Assembly (NCBI GenBank): GCA_902625365.1
Contig: CACOAX010000001.1
Coordinates: 104,310 to 168,309, forward strand
From: an uncultured Alphaproteobacteria bacterium
GTDB taxonomy: Bacteria > Pseudomonadota > Alphaproteobacteria > HIMB59 > GCA-002718135
DNA length: 64,000 nt
Direction of reading: 5' to 3'
Made by a program: the position numbers and the translations under genes. The notes under the pieces were generated by a model. The model saw only the letters and a list, made by a program, of their open reading frames with translations, had not been told where the DNA came from and did no database searches. Below, piece by piece: positions 59,393-64,000 of this stretch. Numbering within the stretch: position 1 is the first letter of the stretch; each line of letters begins with the position of its first letter.

Positions 59393-60277
59393 ATGAAAAA
59401 AGTTTTTGATAGTTTTTATGTTTTTTCTAAATTTTCATTAAGTTTCATTCTTTTATTATGTGTTTTTTTCTTAATTTATCTTCTCTATACAAATTATCAA
59501 AATGAAGATGAGTTGTCCAAACTTCAGACTGAATTAGAAAATGAACTTAGGGAAAATATTAACGAAAATTCTGAATTTATAAAAAATATATCTAAAGAAA
59601 TATTAGAAACAAAAACAGCTTTAACAAATATCGAAAAACTTATTAAAGCAAATTCAAATAAAGAATCAAAAGTTGATTTGACGTCAATTAATGAAAGTAT
59701 AAAAAAGTTAAATAATAATTTCAATTCTCTAAGTTATGAGATTTCTTCTATTAAAAATAAAAATATTGAAGATCAGCCTAATAATAATCCTGAGTTAGTA
59801 AATCAATCCATCAAAGAAGTAGTTGAGTTAATAAAAATCAAATACGAAAATAACAAGGATTTTGATAGAGAACTCAAATATCTTGAAACAATTTTAGAAA
59901 ATAACAAAAATCCTATTTTGGAAAAATTATCAATTCTAAAAAGAAATAAATACAAAGGGCATTTATATTTAGAAAATCAATTTAATAATGAAGTTAATTT
60001 ATATTTGAAGAATATTGTGAATGAAAACGATAGTTTATTTAACAAAATCTTTTTACCGTACATAAACCTTTCTCCATCTTCAGAAAATATTATTTCTGAT
60101 GAAAAAATATTAATATTAGAGGAAACTAAATTTTTTATTAAAAATAGAAATATAATAAAAGCTTATGACAGCATAAGTAGGATAAGTAATTATAAAGTTT
60201 TTTTTAAAGTATCTTTAAATGAAATGAATAATTTTAATAATTTTATAACAGAAATATCAAAATTAAATAATGTATAG
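59393..60277 (+). CDS. membrane-anchored coiled-coil protein (HemX / alphaproteobacterial Mic60-like position)
   Basis: One N-terminal TM (LSFILLLCVFFLIYLLY), long coiled coil, ~90-aa C-terminal domain; directly upstream of and overlapping hemY-like gene. Confidence 0.4.
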   Translation: MKKVFDSFYVFSKFSLSFILLLCVFFLIYLLYTNYQNEDELSKLQTELENELRENINENSEFIKNISKEILETKTALTNIEKLIKANSNKESKVDLTSINESIKKLNNNFNSLSYEISSIKNKNIEDQPNNNPELVNQSIKEVVELIKIKYENNKDFDRELKYLETILENNKNPILEKLSILKRNKYKGHLYLENQFNNEVNLYLKNIVNENDSLFNKIFLPYINLSPSSENIISDEKILILEETKFFIKNRNIIKAYDSISRISNYKVFFKVSLNEMNNFNNFITEISKLNNV

Positions 60278-61571
60278 ACTTTCAATTTTTGTATTGCAGC
60301 TTTTATTATTAATCATAGCGCTCACTTTTATTTTTACCAATCCATTTATTGTATCCTTAGATATAGGAAATTTAAAATATTCTTTTTCTTCAAATTTATT
60401 TTTCGTTGTTTTTTTATCATTTATTTTTCTATTATATTCTGTGATTTATCTATTTTTCCGATCAAGACTTTCACTTGGTAAATATTTTCTAAAAAAAAAA
60501 TATAATAAAATTGAAAAAGGCTACTTACACTTTGTTGATGCAATGATTGCTGTAGCTAATAAAGACAATAAATCTGCAATAAGATTTCATAAAAAAATGA
60601 CTACCTATTTAAAGGATGACCCCTCTTTATCTCTTTTATTAAAATCTGAGGTTTTAAAGATAGAGAAAAAATTTCCAGAATTAAATAATGTCTATGAAGA
60701 TATGATTAAATCAAAAAAAACAGAAGCACTAGGTTACAGGGGGTTAATGGAACAAAATTTAAAAAATCATGATTATCATCATGCTTTTTTATATGGAGAA
60801 AAATTATTTTCTTTAAACCCTAATATTGAAAAGCTTTATGAAACATTAATATTTATTGCCGCCAAAACAAAGAATTGGAATCAATTAATTACATTATCAG
60901 AAAAAGCATTTTCAAATAAAATTATAAACAAAAATGATCTTAGTGAAAATAAATCAATTGGGTATTACGAGATAGCAAAAATAAAATCTGACAGTGATAT
61001 AAAAGATGCTTTAAAAAATATTCTTAAAGCAATTGAGTTAAAGAAAAACTTTCCTCCATATATAAAATTACATTTAGAAATTCTTTCTAACTTAAATGAT
61101 AAAAGAAATTTAAGTAAACAAATCAAGAAGTATTGGAATTTAAACCAAAGTTCTTTACTTAGATCTATTTTAACAAAAATATTAATTGAGAATGATTTAA
61201 GTGAAATGAAATTCATAAATGATTTAGTTAAAAATAATCTAAATTCAGAAGAATCAAAAAAAATTTTAGTGTATTTTGCTATAAAAAATTTAAACTGGGA
61301 CTTAGCTAGAGAAAATATTTCAGGCATGATTGGTGCTAATCCAACAAAAGAAATCTGTTACTTTATGTCAGATATAGAACTAGGAGAAAATAGTGATAAA
61401 CAGAAAAGTGATGCTTGGATTATGAGAGCTGAAAATGCCAGTATGGAAAATACATGGATTTGTAGAATTACAAATCAAACCCAAGATGAGTGGAGCAGTT
61501 TATCAAATTCTGGAAATTATAATTCTCTTGTTTGGACATCTCATAAAATGTTAAGACAAAATAATATATAA
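60270..61571 (+). CDS. HemY-N-domain / TPR membrane protein (hemY-like)
   Basis: Two N-terminal TMs, TPR-like middle, C-terminal WICRITNQTQDEWSSLS...LVW typical of alphaproteobacterial HemY-like proteins. Confidence 0.7.
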   Translation: MYRLSIFVLQLLLLIIALTFIFTNPFIVSLDIGNLKYSFSSNLFFVVFLSFIFLLYSVIYLFFRSRLSLGKYFLKKKYNKIEKGYLHFVDAMIAVANKDNKSAIRFHKKMTTYLKDDPSLSLLLKSEVLKIEKKFPELNNVYEDMIKSKKTEALGYRGLMEQNLKNHDYHHAFLYGEKLFSLNPNIEKLYETLIFIAAKTKNWNQLITLSEKAFSNKIINKNDLSENKSIGYYEIAKIKSDSDIKDALKNILKAIELKKNFPPYIKLHLEILSNLNDKRNLSKQIKKYWNLNQSSLLRSILTKILIENDLSEMKFINDLVKNNLNSEESKKILVYFAIKNLNWDLARENISGMIGANPTKEICYFMSDIELGENSDKQKSDAWIMRAENASMENTWICRITNQTQDEWSSLSNSGNYNSLVWTSHKMLRQNNI

Positions 61572-61572
61572 T

Positions 61573-62268
61573 ATGAAACTTCATTTCTTTATAGGTTATG
61601 ACTCTAAAGAGGACATAGCTTACAGAGTATGTAAACATTCATTATTAAAACACTCTAGCATTGATATAAATATCACTTCTCTAAAATTAGATGAACTTGT
61701 TGCTAAAAATCTTTATACGAGAGATGTCGATCCATTAGCTTCTACTCAATTTACGTATTCAAGATTTTTAGTTCCTAAACTTATGAATTTTCAAGGCTGG
61801 GCAGTTTTTTGTGATTGTGATTTTATTTTTTTAGATGATGTTTCAAATTTGTTAAATAATTTAGATGAATCTAAAGCAGTTTACTGTGTTCAACATGATT
61901 ATACTCCCAAAGAAAGGCACAAGATGGATGGTCAGAAACAAACGATATATCCAAGAAAAAATTGGTCCAGTTTTATTTTATATAATTGTGCTCATCCAAG
62001 TACTAAAAGCCTTACTGTTGAAAAAGTAAATAATGAAACTGGCGCATATCTCCACCAATTTAAATGGTGTAAAAATAATGAAATTGGATCACTAGATGAA
62101 AGATGGAATTGGTTAGAGGGTTGGACTTCAGGTCATAATAATCAAAAGCCTTTTGCCGTTCATTATACTCGAGGTGGTCCATGGTTTTCTGAATGGCAAG
62201 ATGTCGAATATGCAAAAGAGTGGCTTGAAGAAAGAGATGATTATCTTTCAAAAAAATTTAATCTTTAG
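61573..62268 (+). CDS. GT-A fold (GT8-like) nucleotide-sugar glycosyltransferase
   Basis: DxD in FCDCDFIF, FTYSRFLVP, HYTRGGPWF. Confidence 0.6.
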   Translation: MKLHFFIGYDSKEDIAYRVCKHSLLKHSSIDINITSLKLDELVAKNLYTRDVDPLASTQFTYSRFLVPKLMNFQGWAVFCDCDFIFLDDVSNLLNNLDESKAVYCVQHDYTPKERHKMDGQKQTIYPRKNWSSFILYNCAHPSTKSLTVEKVNNETGAYLHQFKWCKNNEIGSLDERWNWLEGWTSGHNNQKPFAVHYTRGGPWFSEWQDVEYAKEWLEERDDYLSKKFNL

Positions 62269-62290
62269 ATCGAAAAAAAATTTAAAAATT

Positions 62291-64000
62291 TTAATTATTT
62301 GAAAAGTCAAATTTATTTTTTCCTTTTACAATTTTGTTAATATATTCAATAGTTTCACTTACTGAAATTTCTATTCCTAAAACCTTTACATTTTTATACC
62401 ATATTGACGATCCATTATTAGTATTCCAATAATAATATGTAGATGATTTTTTAGGACAAATGAGTATAGTAGGTATTCCGAGAGCTCCTGCAAAATGTGC
62501 TGTCGAATTACTTACGGTTATAAATAAATCTAAGTTTTTTAACAAACCCATACAAGATTCAATATCATTGAATAAATCTAAATCATCAAATGTTTTTAGA
62601 TATTTTTTTTGACTCGAAATATATTTTTTATCTTCTTCAATACTTCCATATTGTAAGTTTATAATCACCCTATCATCAGCAAATAAAGGCTCGAAATCTC
62701 TTATAGATAATGATTTTAAACTTCCATAGATATTTACAATACTTTTCCATGAAATACCTACTTTAAGCTTTTCATTATAACTAGATAATATTTTTTTATA
62801 CTTATCTATTAAATCTTTTCTGGCTAATAAAAATTTTTTATTTTTAAAGTCAACTTTTCTTTTTCTAAAAAACTTGACCATACTTCCTGCATATACCACA
62901 CTTTCAAACTTTGATATTTTAGAACTATTTGAATAGTATCCATCTTCTACAAAAATATTTTTTTCAAAAGAACGACTAAATATCGAAACGAGTCTTTTAT
63001 CAGCCTCAATTTTAATATTTTCAAATCTTTCAATAATATCTTGATAAACTGAACTAAAAAGTATTTCTTCACCAATTCCTTGTTCTCTTAAAATTAGCAA
63101 GTTCTCCTTTGGTCCTATTTTCAAATTATCGAAAAGCTTATTTTTAACTAATTCGAAACTAGTCAATTTAATTTTATTTTTTTCTATTAATAACCTTGAA
63201 TCAAACAAGTTCCATGAGTTGGAAAATTTATTTAATTTCAATTGAAGAGTGCAATATGCATATTGTAATTTATAGTCGTGAGGATTTATTTCAATAGCCC
63301 TGTCATAGTAAATTTTTGCCTCTTCCAATCTACCTTCTCTGCAATAACATATTGCTATATTTGATAAAATTTCTTGATTATTTGGATCTATATTTAACCC
63401 TTGATTATAAATTTTTATTGCTTCCAATATCTTATCCTGAAGACTTAAAACATTACCAAGATTTATTAAAGTTTTAATATTTTTAGTGTCAATATTATAT
63501 CCATCTAAAAATACTTCATATGCTTCATTCAATTTTTCTAGTTCAAGTAAACAGACACCCAAATTGTTATAACTATCAACATATTGTTTGTTTATTTTGA
63601 TTGCATTCTCAAAGTAATCTTTAGCTATATCTAATTTATTATTTTTGAGGGATATTAAGCCTTTAATATTATATCCAAAGTAGTCGTCATTTTTTAATTT
63701 TGAAATGTTTTCTATACATTTTGTTGCTTCAGCATATTCATTTTTTAATAAATGAATATAAGCTTTATCACGTGTTGCCTCATAATTATTTTTTTCTATC
63801 TTAAGAATTATATTAATATTTTCTAACGCTTCATTTAATGATGATTTGATTAAAAATAATTTATAAATGTTAGTAAGAAGATCGATATTATTATTTTCGA
63901 TTAATAAAATTTTTTTTAAAGAGTTTATTGTCGTATCTATATCGCCCATCTTTTGGGATATTTGTGATAATACATTTAGAACTTTTATATTCTTCTTATA
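62291..64000 (-). CDS. TPR-repeat protein with C-terminal GT9-like (heptosyltransferase-fold) domain; 5' end probably beyond the window
   Basis: Multiple 34-aa TPR units. C-terminal VGISWKS ... LQYG ... VSNSTAHFAGALGIPT. Frame stays open upstream of Met 63949 to base 64000 (YKKNIKVLNVLSQISQK-M). Confidence 0.6.
   Translation of the reverse strand, partial: YKKNIKVLNVLSQISQKMGDIDTTINSLKKILLIENNNIDLLTNIYKLFLIKSSLNEALENINIILKIEKNNYEATRDKAYIHLLKNEYAEATKCIENISKLKNDDYFGYNIKGLISLKNNKLDIAKDYFENAIKINKQYVDSYNNLGVCLLELEKLNEAYEVFLDGYNIDTKNIKTLINLGNVLSLQDKILEAIKIYNQGLNIDPNNQEILSNIAICYCREGRLEEAKIYYDRAIEINPHDYKLQYAYCTLQLKLNKFSNSWNLFDSRLLIEKNKIKLTSFELVKNKLFDNLKIGPKENLLILREQGIGEEILFSSVYQDIIERFENIKIEADKRLVSIFSRSFEKNIFVEDGYYSNSSKISKFESVVYAGSMVKFFRKRKVDFKNKKFLLARKDLIDKYKKILSSYNEKLKVGISWKSIVNIYGSLKSLSIRDFEPLFADDRVIINLQYGSIEEDKKYISSQKKYLKTFDDLDLFNDIESCMGLLKNLDLFITVSNSTAHFAGALGIPTILICPKKSSTYYYWNTNNGSSIWYKNVKVLGIEISVSETIEYINKIVKGKNKFDFSNN

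Noticed and set aside
1-64000. Screen for CRISPR arrays, rRNA, transposases/IS elements, integrases, phage structural genes, toxin-antitoxin or known defence-system genes.
   Set aside because: I found no spaced short-repeat arrays. I also found no ORF with recombinase (R-H-R-Y), DDE, terminase/capsid, or recognisable defence-system motifs. The only mobility signatures are the tRNA-derived repeats described above.

Overview
This 64-kb window comes from a very AT-rich, extremely compact bacterial chromosome. Spacers are mostly under 60 bp, many genes overlap by 1, 4, 8 or 11 nt, and GTG/TTG starts are frequent. Gene content and order are alphaproteobacterial. The style fits a streamlined marine Pelagibacterales (SAR11)-type genome, but this is inference because no database search was possible. 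Content from left to right: (1) a partial lpoA-like lipoprotein, rsmI and a BON lipoprotein; (2) the histidine operon hisB-hisH-GNAT-hisA-hisF-hisE-HIT on the minus strand; (3) hslVU; (4) an envelope-remodelling trio of a double-PAP2 phosphatase, an ArnT-like glycosyltransferase and a DUF3108-like protein; (5) the origin-proximal alphaproteobacterial block smr-lysozyme-tim44-dnaQ-coaE-aroE-maf, then a 389-bp non-coding gap, then rho-(FG-GAP protein)-mnmE-mnmG-rsmG-parA-parB, with two parS-like palindromes at the mnmE/mnmG junction; (6) holA-lptE-leuS-DUF3576; (7) a porin-like OMP with a clean terminator; (8) yggS and an OmpR-type regulator with a degenerate receiver; (9) lolA-ftsK, a ubiH-family gene, Lon-N, thioredoxin-TPR and ProX; (10) the retinal pathway operon crtI-crtB-crtY-blh, followed by tRNA-Gly(GCC); (11) an accessory island of about 8.6 kb; (12) purH split into two genes, heparinase II/III-like, rsmB, tdk, acs, sulfotransferase, EVE, tsaD, HemX/Mic60-like, hemY-like and two glycosyltransferase-type genes. 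I saw no rRNA, CRISPR, transposase, integrase or prophage structural genes. The most interesting structure is the tRNA-Gly locus. The 3' 52 nt of the tRNA recur as one perfect and two progressively decayed co-oriented copies, which divide the island into modules. The innermost 1,355-bp module has an attP-like layout, with a core flanked by paired GC-rich arm repeats, but no integrase. I propose it is a non-autonomous, integrase-hijacking mini-element. All identities and counts quoted are hand alignments and hand counts.
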